A DNA stretch of 57,544 nt, filler included, from Squatina squatina (taxonomy: Eukaryota): NCBI GenBank assembly GCA_031763465.1. It is 3 parts of 3 records of this genome, joined end to end, with 100 filler letters (N's around TTAATTAATTAA, not from the genome) between each part and the next. Parts side by side here need not be neighbours in the genome. Positions count along the whole stretch, not along the records: positions 28,713 to 42,114 come from JARFOE010000073.1; positions 42,215 to 57,544 come from JARFOE010000115.1; 1 more part is not named here. One strand, 5' to 3'. How positions within the stretch are numbered: the first letter of the stretch is position 1; each line of letters opens with the position of its first letter. Under the pieces are notes generated by a model, which saw only the letters and a program-made list of their open reading frames with translations, had not been told where the DNA came from and searched no databases. Of the stretch, positions 38,737-52,743 are shown piece after piece. A program made the position numbers and the translations under genes.

Positions 38737-40476
38737 TCAAGGCGCTGCACCAAAAGGAAGGTTAAAAGGGTAAACATAAGTCAGTTCGCCAAAGATTACT
38801 AAACATGGATATCTAAACATTTTGACTTGGGGCTAAAAGGTCCAGCAAACTTCAGTCATTTTAGTCCATCATATATGCGGTTTAGTCTGCACTGGTTTTG
38901 GTCATTATACCACATCCCACTTAATTCCACAAACTTGCAGCTTGAAAACATCTTGCCCCGAATTACCTACTCGTACAGTCAGACCTTATTATTACAGATG
39001 TGGTAAACCGTCCAAAATAATTGCTATAATTGTAAAGATTTTTTTTTGGTGAGAGCTATGTGATAAAAAACTAGTATGCTGTAACAGAAGGTTTATGTTC
39101 TCCATTTGATATAGCAAGTTTCGACTGATCTGTCCTTCAATAAAGCTCCACAGCAAATCTGATGTGGGCTCTTCTCGCAATTTCAAATCGGAATGCTTTC
39201 CCCAACTATGGCTCATTCATTAAACAAATGATTCGCCTGTCATGGGACAAGTACAACACAATGCCAATTCCTCCCCGCCACCCCATAGATAAGACACCTT
39301 GCTTAACTAACCAAACCTAACCGAAGTGTAAGCTTCTGGGTTGTTTCTTCCAATTTTCTAGCCTCCTTACCTGAAGGTATTGATTCACATTGGGGTACAG
39401 TTCCATCCAGTAAGGGCCAACATGAGAATCTAGGCAGATACAAGGGTTCTAAACTTAAAGAAAGGTAACTTTGATGGTAANNNNNNNNNNNNNNNNNNNN
39501 NNNNNNNNNNNNNNNNNNNNNNNNNNNNNNNNNNNNNNNNNNNNNNNNNNNNNNNNNNNNNNNNNNNNNNNNNNNNNNNNNNNNNNNNNNNNNNNNNNNN
39601 NNNNNNNNNNNNNNNNNNNNNNNNNNNNNNNNNNNNNNNNNNNNNNNNNNNNNNNNNNNNNNNNNNNNNNNNNNNNNNNNNNNNNNNNNNNNNNNNNNNN
39701 NNNNNNNNNNNNNNNNNNNNNNNNNNNNNNNNNNNNNNNNNNNNNNNNNNNNCTAGTTGCCAAAGCTATTGGCCCAAGGAAGGAATTATGACATTAACAT
39801 AGGAAAATTCAATACTAAATGTTGTTAGGGATGGCACAAAAGTGTGATAAAAATCATGACAACAGAAAGTATGTTTTTGGACAGCAAGTACATACTCTGC
39901 ACAAAGTTTTTAGTAAGATATAGATTATTGTTGGAAGTAGAGATCTCCCACTAATTATTACTGACTACAGGAATTGTAGCACTGTCAGTTAGTCTTGCTA
40001 TGAATATTGATGATATCAGGTAGGACTGGAACAGTAACAGATAATCCAGAAGATAAAAGCATTGGGATTAATCTGGATGCAGGGAAGGTGTTGGGAAGTA
40101 TTACGGAATGCTGTCACTAGAATTAGCTATGATTCTACTTAATAACGAACATTTTGTTACTGATTCAATGGATAACAGTTTTTGCTTAAGTTCTATTGTC
40201 AAAACAAAATACACAAGCGTTTTTGTCACCTATTCATTTTAGTGTTGAAACATAATGAAAACATCCTTAGTTGGTAAATGAATAAACATAAAAATCACTC
40301 GTACGTTTATGAGTGCGCGATATTAAACTTCACATGACATGGCCGTATAATACCTCACTTCTGCTTATGGAATTGGGACCTAATTTGAGGTTCAATCCAC
40401 ATAGACTAGCTGCAAGTGGTGAAAAGGTAAACATTTCTGCAGATTTACTATGACTGATACTTTCCCTCTGATGTAC

Positions 40477-40547
40477 CTTTGCTTCCTCTGTCTTTTATAA
40501 CATTATAGTAGGACTGCAGCAATCCATCAAAGTCACTTTTGTCACCC
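40477..40547 (-). CDS. BRIP1: BRIP1 preceding exon, 3' part (5' part lost in a gap)
   Basis: Encodes GDKSDFDGLLQSYYNVIKDRGSK-G|GTacat, versus human [24 protein letters not shown]. Its phase-1 end joins the 38711 exon in frame. Confidence 0.85.
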
Positions 40548-42114
40548 NNNNNNNNNNNNNNNNNNNNNNNNNNNNNNNNNNNNNNNNNNNNNNNNNNNNN
40601 NNNNNNNNNNNNNNNNNNNNNNNNNNNNNNNNNNNNNNNNNNNNNNNCCTTTGGGACAAACATTGATCTAAAAGCCCTTTCCCACACACCAACCTTTCAG
40701 TTTTTGCTTCTGGGTTTTCACCATGAATAAGCATAGCAGCCAAATCAAGGAGCACCTCCACTAAGCTGGAAATGGGTCACAAAGGGTCAAGTTTAAGTTC
40801 TTAATCAGCATAAAACCTTCCAGATCTTAATATGTGTGAGCAGAAATGACTCCTATTGCTAAATCCCAGTGGAACTATACAGAGAAAATAACTTTCATTT
40901 CTTTAAATTAATCATTAACCTCTTCCACTTCTACGCTAATACGAACATTACCCGATTTAAAAGAAACTGCAGTGTAGTTATATTTACATCTTTTCCTAGG
41001 GGATGGGAGTACAGTGATCAATATGATCTACACCTGATGTCCAGTGTTTCTGACAGCGTGCATAATGACAGTACTAATTAAATGTGCATCAAATGAGTCA
41101 AGCATTCGTAAGCTCGTTAAAAAAAACGTTTTCCAGCATTTNNNNNNNNNNTACACTGGAACTCTACTTCCCCACCATCCCAAAATGTAACTGTTGCGAG
41201 TACAATGGCAGGAGAACCCTCCTAATCACCATTCTGCATTCATTTTCAAAAATTCATTACCCAAATAAATCTATTTGATCAAAAATATGAAAAATTTGAC
41301 ATGCCATCAAACTGAACCTGAATACACATTTTATGTATTGTATTCATACATAGTACCTCATCACATCTCAAACACTTCACATGGAATGAATTAATCTGAA
41401 GTGCCATGAATGCTAAATAGACAAACATGGCAACCATTCTGCACATAGNNNNNNNNNNNNNNNNNNNNNNNNNNNNNNNNNNNNNNNNNNNNNNNNNNNN
41501 NNNNNNNNNNNNNNNNNNNNNNNNNNNNNNNNNNNNNNNNNNNNNNNNAGACAATTGCCAATAAGACTGCCATTGGATAACTTTAAGGAACAGTATATCA
41601 CAGCTGCACATTACTGTTCAAATATATCTTTTGCAAATATAAACTTTCTGGTCCAAGCATAACATCTTTCATCAAAAAACTCATAAGCTTACTGGGATTT
41701 AGCTGCATTAGATTTAATGTGAAATCACAGCATCAACATGCCACTGGATCTTTCATTTTGATTTGTATTAGCAACTCTGTCTACTGTACCGTGCTTCGTC
41801 TGTATAACAATTTTTGGCAGGAACTCATTGTAACAAGCTTTCAGGCTTATCTTCAACATTACATTTCAAGAGTTTCAGGCAATACCTGTGATGGTTACTG
41901 AAATGTCATAATTTGCATAGATAGACCTATTATTAAATTCTCTCCTCCCACGATAACAGACACCTCCTTTCACCTATCACCTAGCAGACCTGCGACAGGC
42001 CCATTTCTTATTGAGATGACAACAATAAGCAAAATATTCCTCTACAAGGGAGGGTTAAAAAAATCCAACTGAGAATCAAGATACTTTGTGCACCTCATAA
42101 TACGCTGTTTAAGA

Positions 42115-42214
42115 NNNNNNNNNNNNNNNNNNNNNNNNNNNNNNNNNNNNNNNNNNNNTTAATTAATTAANNNNNNNNNNNNNNNNNNNNNNNNNNNNNN
42201 NNNNNNNNNNNNNN
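42115..42214. other. Assembly spacer: 44 N + TTAATTAATTAA + 44 N
   Basis: Same structure as 28613-28712. Confidence 0.95.
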
Positions 42215-45200
42215 AGTTAACTGGTCTCAGCGGCGGTTGCGATCGGAGTCCTAACATTGACCTTAGCACCCCTTGGCGGGAACATAAATCGGCCCTTTTA
42301 TTCCTGATCACCATCAATGACTTCTGTAAAATGTGCAAGTGTGGGTATTGAGTGAGGACAAAATTGTGTTCAGCTGTTTTGCCCCCGTAGTTGAATATAG
42401 TTCTTTAATGGAAAATGACCAATTGGATAAGGGTAGAGGATGGTCATTGCCTGTGAAACTGAGACCTACAGCATGAGTCAGTACATTAGGGAAAGGAGGG
42501 TGAAAAAACTGCAGGAGGAATAAAGCAAAGACAAAGAACATTTACAGAAATAATAAAACAACTTCAGTTGCGAATTTAAGCAGCTCACCTCAGCTTAATA
42601 TAGAAATGACTTTGAAATACAGACCTAAACAAAGTAACCTAAAATATTTGGGGCAATGTTAGTGTCTCACTTCTTCACTTCGCTTCCTATTATCATGACC
42701 TTGTACTGTAGTAATTCATCGAGCTTAATTGTAAATCAGCATTTTGAAGGGTTACAAAGCAGGGCAGCAAGTAACAGGTGATTTGGTGTTAAATGGGAAT
42801 TACTTTTATAAAAGGAACACATGATAGGCATGNNNNNNNNNNNNNNNNNNNNNNNNNNNNNNNNNNNNNNNNNNNNNNNNNNNNNNNNNNNNNNNNNNNN
42901 NNNNNNNNNNNNNNNNNNNNNNNNNNNNNNNNTGCTGACCCTGTGATCCCTCCCCCGGACAAACCCCTCCCATCTGAGAGGCTGGCTGGATGCGGGCGGG
43001 AATCCGAAGCATCACATTCAAATCGGGCCCAGCCATTAATATTGGCAGGGTCTGCGGGAAACCTGGCCTCCGGGCTTTCCTGACCGCCTCGGAGCGCCCT
43101 CGCCCCCCGATCCCAACCCGCCTCCCTCCTTAAAATCCAGCCCAAGGAGGAACTATATGCATCTATCTCAATAAGAAAATATCTTCTGCAAATCTACCAA
43201 GAGGCATGTCATCATGCTATGGCTAAAATGATCTCACACGAATAACAGAAAGGACACTCATTTTTATATAGAGCTTGATTCAAAACAAGTAGAAACCTGA
43301 TTACTGTAGTATTAAGCTTTGACAGAGTTCCTCTTTCCAAGCCTAAGTCAGTTTAAAACACTGGCAGATTTACAAGTGATAAATATATGTGATCCAGATT
43401 ATGTCACCAAAGCAGGGCAGGAAGGAATGCCTGCAAATAGCTCAGTGTGAGATAGCACCCAGTCCCTATAAAAGTGAAAATCTTTGATAATCCTCCAACC
43501 AATTAGAGGATGTGTTGGAACATTATAAATTTAATAGGCTGATGAAAGCAATTGCTTTTTTCCCCTATGAGCTTTTTGTTCTCCCTTTTGTCTCTGTGAC
43601 ATGCTGCTCACCCCATGTATCCTTCTCTAACATGGTAAGTGAGAGGGCAAGACCGGTGACCTCCCCACATCTGTAATTAACGCTTCTCTTTAATGATCCA
43701 TTAAAAGGTTATGTTCAAGTGGGATAAGAATGTTTTCACTCCAGTTGTTCAAAATACAGCAAAAAACCACTCTAATATATTTGCCAATGGAAAATACCTG
43801 TTCCAACTTGTGTGCCTTTTAACCTATTTTAACACTCTATTTAATAATTAAATATCTGACTGAATTTATTGAACATATACAAATTAGTGAGATACTTACT
43901 ATAATTAACCATAAAGTCAGCATACAGATTTATAACAAGTTGTGTTATTATGGCCCCATATATTCTGTCTGTGAATAACACTATGAGAGATCAGCTACAT
44001 TGAATAGATGCACAAACATTTTATAAATTCTCATCCATCACAGTGCACATCAGAAAATGTGTTCCAGATCCCAGACTAACTGTGATCTACCAGTGATTTA
44101 TAAAATAAAAGAGATCTGTGCTCATTTGCAAGCGTCAAAAGGGTCTAGTCACTAAAGAAAGCTGACACTGAAAAGGAAATGAGTTCAGCAGAAACACACT
44201 TAGGATCCAGTGCATTGATTTCTCAGTAACCTCTTCTAGCAGTAGTGCACAGTGATCAGTTGCTAATGTTAACTGTTTGTGTCAGCTGTCAGTTCCCAGT
44301 CCTGCTTGGGTTTAAACAAACTGACATTAGAAAAGGGCAAATTGTGATTTCAGATTCTATCTGAATTATCAGCTGTTTCTATTTACTGTCTCTGGAAAGT
44401 TCAATTCTCAACTTTGAAACCATTTCATTAGAAACATGTCCTTACTGTTCGGGGCTCCCACTTGTGCCCCAATCTTATTCTTGCCAGGTGCTGACTACAT
44501 CATGAAGTCAGCAAAAGAACAATGTTGATATGGGACCAGATTAGGCAGTGACTATATGTACACAGATCTGAAATGTGCTGACGAATTAAGGGACTTAAAT
44601 TGTGGACACCCTTACTGAAGCCCACAAGTTTTTTAACAAGAGGCATCTAGCCTCGGTCTTCAGGTCAGCTGGAACAAGACAAAAATGCAATCGTGAGGAC
44701 GTGATATAATTTCAGCTACCTTCATAATAGTTGACAATCCAGCCAAGGCAGTGGAATTAGTGACNNNNNNNNNNNNNNNNNNNNNNNNNNNNNNNNNNNN
44801 NNNNNNNNNNNNNNNNNNNNNNNNNNNNNNNNNNNNNNNNNNNNNNNNNNNNNNNNNNNNNNNNACAAGGTGTAGGTGGTTCAGTGTAGCACATTGCTGT
44901 GTTGTCTGAAGACTAAACAGGGCCTTTATGCAGAAGATAGGGTTAACCCCGTTGTCACTATTTCCAACTTAACCTCGTTGACTCAAACCTTAATCATTCA
45001 CTCTATCCTCATGTCACAGCAATCACATGCATAGGAAAAGCACGGGCGACAATCGGGTATTAAGGAGGTATTACAAATTGAAGACCTTCACCTCTGCGGA
45101 TAGTTTATCCATTAATATTTAATCTCCTACACTTTGCACTAAGACTCTAATGGTTTATAATGCTCTAATTATATTCTACCCAGGAAAATTTTGTTTCAAC

Positions 45201-48152
45201 AGTGATACTTGGCTTCAGTAATATCATTAATCTGTCTGGTTAACGTTCCTTATATTGGTGTTAAAATTAGACGCTGGATTCAAAGCGATGAATACGGCTT
45301 TAACTAGGTACAATTATCCATTTAAACAATAAAGCAGAGCCTGCCTTGCAAAGCTGCCATTACCTGCTTTCACAGCCAGGGAATGTTACCTCACAAAACT
45401 GCCTTTATCTACTCCAAATTCCAAATTGGACTCCAACAGTCAGAACCATCAAATTTACAAGGTCATCATTATCTGCTCTTCTTGAAAAGATACTATTACC
45501 TGACCAGTCAGGAGAAGCCCATAATATAAACCATTGTTATTCACTTGAACAATCAAGTCAATGGGTGGAAAATGATAGAGGAATTGGGGGGGTGGGGGGG
45601 GAGGAAATGAAGAATTTTCCAAGATGCGTTTCATAGAACTGAAAATAAGAATGAATAGGAGATGGAAAGCATGCAAAGTGCTGAGCTTTCTGTTGCTTGC
45701 AGAGCCAGGACCTCGCTATTGGTTAGGACGCTAGGCTATCTGAAGCAGAATATACAGAGTTCCACCTCACGGTGGCAGGTCTACTCCTGCTACCATCAAT
45801 GAGCCAGGCAAGCTGAGCAATCATCTACGATGGAATAGTACAGGCCTTCCGAGGATAAGTATCACGTTAGTAAGTTTAGGCTTGACTTGGTTCCAATAGT
45901 CCATTTCCAGATGTTTCATCTGGTCTGTACTTAGCAGTCTATGGAAGGTAAACCAGCAATTGTACATTTAGGTACACCAGTGTGGCATGANNNNNNNNNN
46001 NNNNNNNNNNNNNNNNNNNNNNNNNNNNNNNNNNNNNNNNNNNNNNNNNNNNNNNNNNNNNNNNNNNNNNNNNNNNNNNNNNNNNNNNNNCCTTGCCATA
46101 ACGAGTGGGGCGCTAGAGATTATGGACTCACAATTCCAGAACCCGAGTGGATCTCTGGATCGGAGAGCAAAACATGAGATAGAATCTGGTTCTGTTGGGA
46201 TTCTTATATTCTGCCATTCTCTGGTAAAGGGGAAAGTGTAGGTGAATCTTCTACCTGCCACCATGTTAAGCGGGCAAATCCAGGGTATCTCCTAGGCTTG
46301 GGAAGGCCCCACAGGCGCTCTCGCCAGCTGAGAATTGGCTTGAATCCTGCTGAGAGCCTCATAAAAGCCCAATGCTTGCTACCAGGGAAAGGTAGATGAT
46401 CCTCTTTAGGACTGATTAGCATCTGCAAGAGGTCCCTTTGCTCCACTGGGAGCAGGATATAAAAATGCAGATTCTTGCTGAGCCTATCCAGGCCCTTCCC
46501 TCTGTCATTGGATTGGTACGGCCACGATCCAACATTCCTGTTGGCACTTCTAAATTCATCAAAAGAAATTTGTTCTGAACAAATTTAACACATATGAACA
46601 AGAACACAATGATGTCATCACATGGCCTGCTTTTCTGTTTCCGCTGCCACCTTTGTTCACACAATAAAATGTTACAATTGTAAACCATTCGTGAATGAAG
46701 TGAATGCAATTTAATAAGAATTTTGGCCAAACAAACTATTAATTTTCAGTGATTTATAACCAAAGCAACGTTTTAAGATACTTAAACAAAGCTGGCTGGT
46801 AGAAGGGTTAACGTGGTTCAAAAGCACTTAAAACTATTTTTGCGTCCTTAAATAGCTGAATTTGGCTGTGAACAAAAATAAAATCAACCATAGAAACTGC
46901 TAAAATGATACGATGAGTTTTTTTGAACAGCTCAGGAAATTGTGAGATGACTCATTTGTTTGAGCAGTCATTAGTTGATTGTGATGCTGAATCACAAGTT
47001 CAATATTTTTCATTGGTCACTCAGTCCTTTTTTATTCATTTTCTGCTGTGCAATGGTTTTGAGTTGTATTTGAGTCTAGGGATGGGATAGAAATTAGGCT
47101 CTTACTGTGGAACACTGTTCAAATTCATGGGAGTTTAATAAAATTGTGCACAGCTTCAGAANNNNNNNNNNNNNNNNNNNNNNNNNNNNNNNNNNNNNNN
47201 NNNNNNNNNNNNNNNNNNNNNNNNNNNNNNNNNNNNNNNNNNNNNNNNNNNNNNNNNNNNNGTGCAAAGACGATCTTGCCTGGCAGCGGAGGCGCTAAAC
47301 TTTAGCGCCTAAAGTTTTTGCCTAGCGAATTTCGCTCGAGGCGCTAAACGGCGATTTAATACCTTAAGAATGTTTAGCGCCCCATTAATGCCTTAAGTAG
47401 GCGTTAGCCCAATTTTGCACAGCTGCCAATTTCACCCCCCAGAATTGGACAAATGCCAATAGGCTCACATCATAAGTTGCAGAGAGCACCAAGTCACCAT
47501 GTTGGCATCTCTATTGTTTTGAATAGCAGGGGTTGCCGGGAATTATACCGAAGTCTCATTGGGACATCTAATTAGACTGCCTTTATTGGGAGTAAAATCT
47601 CCCAAAGTACTGAATTCATAGCTCTAAGGCACCATCTCAATTTCAAACCAATATCGTATGCGAAGACTTTAGAATGAGTAGTGGATTTAATGTGGAATAA
47701 AGTCTCCAATGGTATTTTTTTATGTGCTTTGTGTTTGATTGAGATTCATTTTATAATTTTGCTAAAATTGTATGGCACTTATGTGCGCTTCCTGCTTATA
47801 ATGTCCTGCAGATGCAAAATGATCACACAAAGTAAGAGAGAAAAAAGCAGTACAAATCATTAATGCCATCCAGCAGGCATTTGTTCAAAACCTAAGTACT
47901 GACAATTCATCTTTAAAGTCCAGCTCATCAAGTCTCAGTAATGATTGCGGATTCGCTAGCTGTAGACCTGCCAATGTCAGACCATTTCCAAGTAAACTAC
48001 ATTGTCTACACGCAGTAAACTCAATCTCACATTTATTTCCTTTATTCATAATTAAGCCTGAGGTTAGAGGGAGAAAAGAGAGAAGAATCGTATGCTATTT
48101 TCACTCCAATAAAATGTTAGGTGCAAGTGATGAGATGAGGCACGCAATTTAC

Positions 48153-48256
48153 CCAAAGTAATTTTCATCAACGTTTGAACACAGATGGAATATGTTTGCC
48201 GAACATTTATGCAAGACTGTTTCCCTTTGATATAAAAATGATTCCAAACGTAACTC
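48153..48256 (-). CDS. Candidate exon of an unidentified gene
   Basis: Acceptor cttccacttcttttcactgtcattccAG and donor GG|GTaaat. Frame is ambiguous (ELRLESFLYQRETVLHKCSANIFHLCSNVDENYFG or VTFGIIFISKGNSLA*). Confidence 0.25.
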
Positions 48257-50130
48257 CTGGAATGACAGTGAAAAGAAGTGGAAGCATCTGTCACGGGTGC
48301 TCACATTAATGTTTGAACATGCCAGAAAAGCCAATTGCTATCAGGTACTTTCTTACTTTTGCATTCCTTGCATTGAGTAGGGATTCAACTTTTCATAATG
48401 GTGAAAATTGGGGTGATAGACAGATTCAGCCACTCCATATAGTAAGGCCAATTGCCGCGCGTAGCAAAACCAAGTTGCGGTTTGACATTCTTGTTGATTA
48501 GTCTAAGTGGATTTTAGCAAAGAGCTAAAATAGAACTAACCTAGTTCACAAACAAAAAATGCTGGAAAAACTCAGCAGGTCAGGCAGCATCTGTGGAGAG
48601 AAAAACAGAGTCAACGTTTCGGGTNNNNNNNNNNNNNNNNNNNNNNNNNNNNNNNNNNNNNNNNNNNNNNNNNNNNNNNNNNNNNNNNNNNNNNNNNNNN
48701 NNNNNNNNNNNNNNNNNNNNNNNNAAACTTTCTGTGAAATTATACCTCCCAATGATTAAACTATTGGTGAGTGAAGCTTCCCTTAAGCCTCGTCCACATC
48801 CTTCAGTTTGACTTCTTTAATCAACCTTGGTATTTGTTCAGTGTCAGCACGGCCTGTCAGTTCACTGCTAGTTAACCCATAAAGAACCACAGGAGCATTT
48901 GCACACCACAGTCAAAAAATATATGATGGGATATGGGTTCCTATTGAATCAACTTCTGTTAAAACCAATGAAATGTTTGTCTTTTTCCCCTTTGCAATGC
49001 TTATCATTATAATTTCTCAGTATTCATGTCAACATGAGGTGCCAGCAACGAACAAACTGAAAGGAGTGGTAGCGCTGAAAGAATCAATGTATTCTTCTAT
49101 AAAGTGAGCTCTAGGATGGCTCCTGGGAATAGATGAAAAGCTTTGAAAATGTAAAATTAAGCCGAAAGAAGTATCATTTTTATTGTCTTTTTCATGCCAA
49201 GCAAATCATTATTTTAAAAACAAAGGTAATACAAATCAAAATGTTTTTTTTCCGCGACAATACCAGCAACAAGTACAGATGACTGTTTAGTAACATTGCT
49301 CTGGCAGACTGTAGAATTGCTTCTTTTTTCCTCATGTGAGCTCCAAACTACTGGAGGTCAAACACCATCATCTTTATGATTTCCTCTGAAGGCCCTTATT
49401 TGTCTTCAGTGGTTTGTACCTACTGCTGATCCAGTCCTGTGAAAAATTACATTGCGGTTTCTGTAGACATTTACAAATATATATTCCATTAAAAATGAAA
49501 AGTGCACCCTAGTTCAAATAAAACAAGAAGCTGTTTTTATAATGCGGCCAGAAGCAAGTCCAGCTAGATTTCCAACAACTGCTTCAGTGTTATTATAAAT
49601 GAATAAATATGAAATAATGGATACCTGGCTGCGAAGTACAAGGTTGTAACCTAATCCAGGGAATCTGTTGATATCATAAACCAGGAGAATGAAGCAAATG
49701 TTGTNNNNNNNNNNNNNNNNNNNNNNNNNNNNNNNNNNNNNNNNNNNNNNNNNNNNNNNNNNNNNNNNCCTATTTCAGGAATTGAGCAGGCAGTTGTTAA
49801 TATGATAGCATTGGCCCTTTAAGAAGGTATGGAGAGCCACTCCCTAAACACTGGCAACTCACTACATGTAACTAATCAGTACAATAAACAATTGTGAATA
49901 TAAAGAAGTGGTTATTTCAATGAAACTTTTGAATGTTTTCTTTGAATGCCGAAAGTTTGCTCTGAGTTCGGATTTGAACTTGTTTGCCCACAAATTAGAG
50001 TGAGACACTTTTAAACATGAATTGAAAAAGTAATAGTATGGGTAGCAAAATTATGGACTGGAAAATTATGGGCGGGGAATGGAGCAGCTCCCTCGTCAAG
50101 AAAATGGATGTTTGGATACAAAAGATCCTG

Positions 50131-52179
50131 GGGGCTAAATTCAATAACCTCAAGGAAAGGGTAAGCGGGGATTGTGACACCCATTCAATGTAATGTAGGC
50201 AGCACGCCAACTTTATGCTGCCTGTTCATTTGCATGATTTCATTGTGCAGCCAGTGCTAACTGCGCTGTTGATTGGTTGCATGCATCAGCAGGGAGCCCA
50301 AAATCATGAGAGGCTCGCGCCAGTTAAAGCTAGCCTGCACTGCTTAAAGCTGGCCTGCACCTCTTAAAGGGAAGGTGCATTGTGGCTGCTGGAGGTGCTG
50401 AGATCAGTTGCTGTGCAACAATCAACAATGGCTAACCATTGGAGAGAGCGTGCACTATTATTTTCGGATGCTGCACCGGAGGTCTTGGCGGAGGAAATGG
50501 AAATGAGGAGAGATGTCCTGTTTCCACAGCGGGGCAGGAGGCCCTCCACAGACAAGATGGGAAGGCAGTGGGAACAGATAGCCGCGGAGGTCAGCGCCAG
50601 GAGTTTAGCCCCAAGGACCTGGATGTAGAGTCAAGACGTTTAATGATCTCACATGAGTGGTCAAGGTCAGTGATACATCTTCAAATGTCATATCTTACCA
50701 AATGCATCACTAGTCTCAGCCACTGCTCAATTCACCATAGCCCAATCACTCACCTACCACCAATCTCTTATCAATCAGGAGTCATGCCTAATATTCAAGG
50801 CTTCACCTCACCCTCACAAACCTAGCACTGTTGCAAACCGCACAGCCACACCTCACATCTTGCACACAGGATAGCTACATCACCCAAACATATGCACNNN
50901 NNNNNNNNNNNNNNNNNNNNNNNNNNNNNNNNNNNNNNNNNNNNNNNNNNNNNNNNNNNNNNNNNNNNNNNNNNNNNNNNNNNNNNNNNNNNNNNNNCAC
51001 TCCATCACTCACCTAACAACAGTTTCTATCAATCAGGATTCATACTTAACATTCATATGCTTCACCTCACCTTCACACGCTTAGCACTGCTGCAAGCCTC
51101 ACAGCTTGCACACACTGGCAGCTATTCAACCATGACATCCACATTACCCAAGCAGATTGCTCAACACAATCTCTTCTGACTGAGAAGCAGCTGATAGTGT
51201 AAGCATGCACTTCTCAATTTCTCCTCTCCCCTCATCCCAATGCTCCCCTTGTCCTTTTTTCCCTTTCAAATACCCAAGAACTGCAACCTGCCCAGGCAGT
51301 GGAGGAAGAGGAAGAAGACAGTGAAGATTTCACAGTCACAACCACCAGCTCAGATACTGCCACTGCACGTAATTTGAAGGATAGATTAAAAGCAGGATCT
51401 GCACATGGTGAGACATTGGGCACAAGTGCACTGAAGCTAGGGCGGGGGACAAGGGTAGCGCAGGTATCAGCTCACCAGAGGGCGAGATTGGACACTAGTT
51501 CTGCTGCAGAGGACTCAGATGATGAATTCAATGGGCCAGCCTACAGAAGAAGGTTGATGGATGTACACAACCAAATGCTTGGTGCACTGGAATGCCTGCC
51601 AGAAAGCATGCATTCAATGTCAAGGAGCATGGAGGAGTCCAGCACTAACTTTGCACACAGCTTTGCGCAGAGCTTAGAGCCCATCTTTTCCAACATGGAT
51701 TGAGTGGCCACCTCCATCAATACACCTTACCATGAGGCAGGGTCTGATGGCCGATGTCTCTGGTTCCATTACAGCACAAGTAACATCCACCCAATATCTG
51801 CATGTTGCAATGGAAGTACTGACACCTCTTGTTCCATCTCAGCTTGCTGCCATGGAAGCTCAGACAGCTTCCATCATGATTCTGGATACCAGTGTGCAAA
51901 GTGGCTTCCAAGGCATCACAGCATTCCTGCAATCTGTCTCCAACAGATCTGCTCCAGAAAGACCCTTTGTGGATATGGCCTCCTGCTGTGAGCCCTTCTT
52001 GCCCTCCTCCTCCTCCTCCCTCCTCCCAGCTTGTCCTGCTCTGTGTGGCCTCTGCCCATTCTCCCAATCATGCTCAATGCCAAAAGGAAGCCCTACGAGG
52101 CCACCCATGTCTGGCAGCAACTAGCTTGTGCACAAGCCTTTAAGTCACTAAAAAAGTATTCAGCACCAGCCAGACCACT
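50131..52179 (+). mobile_element. Harbinger-derived element carrying a decayed, spliced Myb/SANT-like gene
   Basis: Starts GGGGCTAAATT. From ATG 50428: RERALLFSDAAPEVLAEEMEMRRDVLFP...QWEQIAAEVSARSLAPRTWM*, then a frameshifted FNDLT*VVK|GTcagt. Acidic/Ser-rich downstream frames at 51299-52124. Confidence 0.75.
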
Positions 52180-52279
52180 NNNNNNNNNNNNNNNNNNNNN
52201 NNNNNNNNNNNNNNNNNNNNNNNNNNNNNNNNNNNNNNNNNNNNNNNNNNNNNNNNNNNNNNNNNNNNNNNNNNNNNNN

Positions 52280-52743
52280 AAGGTTTGCGCCACTGCAGCC
52301 ACGACCTCCTGACGACATTCCTGCTTGTGCCCTCCTGTACAATGTGCATCCAGGTTGCGTTGGAAGGGAAGAGAACCTCCCTGCATGCTGTTACTCCTTC
52401 CATAAGCATCTGGAGGGAGTTATGGGAGAAACTGGGGGCAGCCGTGCACCTCTGTGCAGTGTTTGTCAATGCTTGCAGCACCTCAATGCTGCAGAATACT
52501 GGCAGCACAACTGTCAAAATGAATGTGCACATGGTCCCTTTAAGGAATTCGGCTGATGACACATCATCAAATGATGTTATCAGACACACTTCCTTTTAAT
52601 TGGCCAGGAACTTCGCAGGGCGGGCTGAACAAGCCCCAGCAAGGCAAAATCACTTCAACAGAGCGCGATGGATGGGAGCGGGGTCTCAGTACACCACCTA
52701 CCACGGCCACACTTAGCCCACCTCAGTAGCCAAAATTGCAGCC
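52280..52743 (-). mobile_element. Second Harbinger Myb/SANT-bearing element, opposite orientation
   Basis: Minus frame AAPSFSHNSLQMLMEGVTACREVLFPSNATWMHIVQEGTSRNVVRRSWLQWRK, a Myb/SANT-like pattern. Terminus GGCTGCAATTTT at 52743. Confidence 0.7.
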
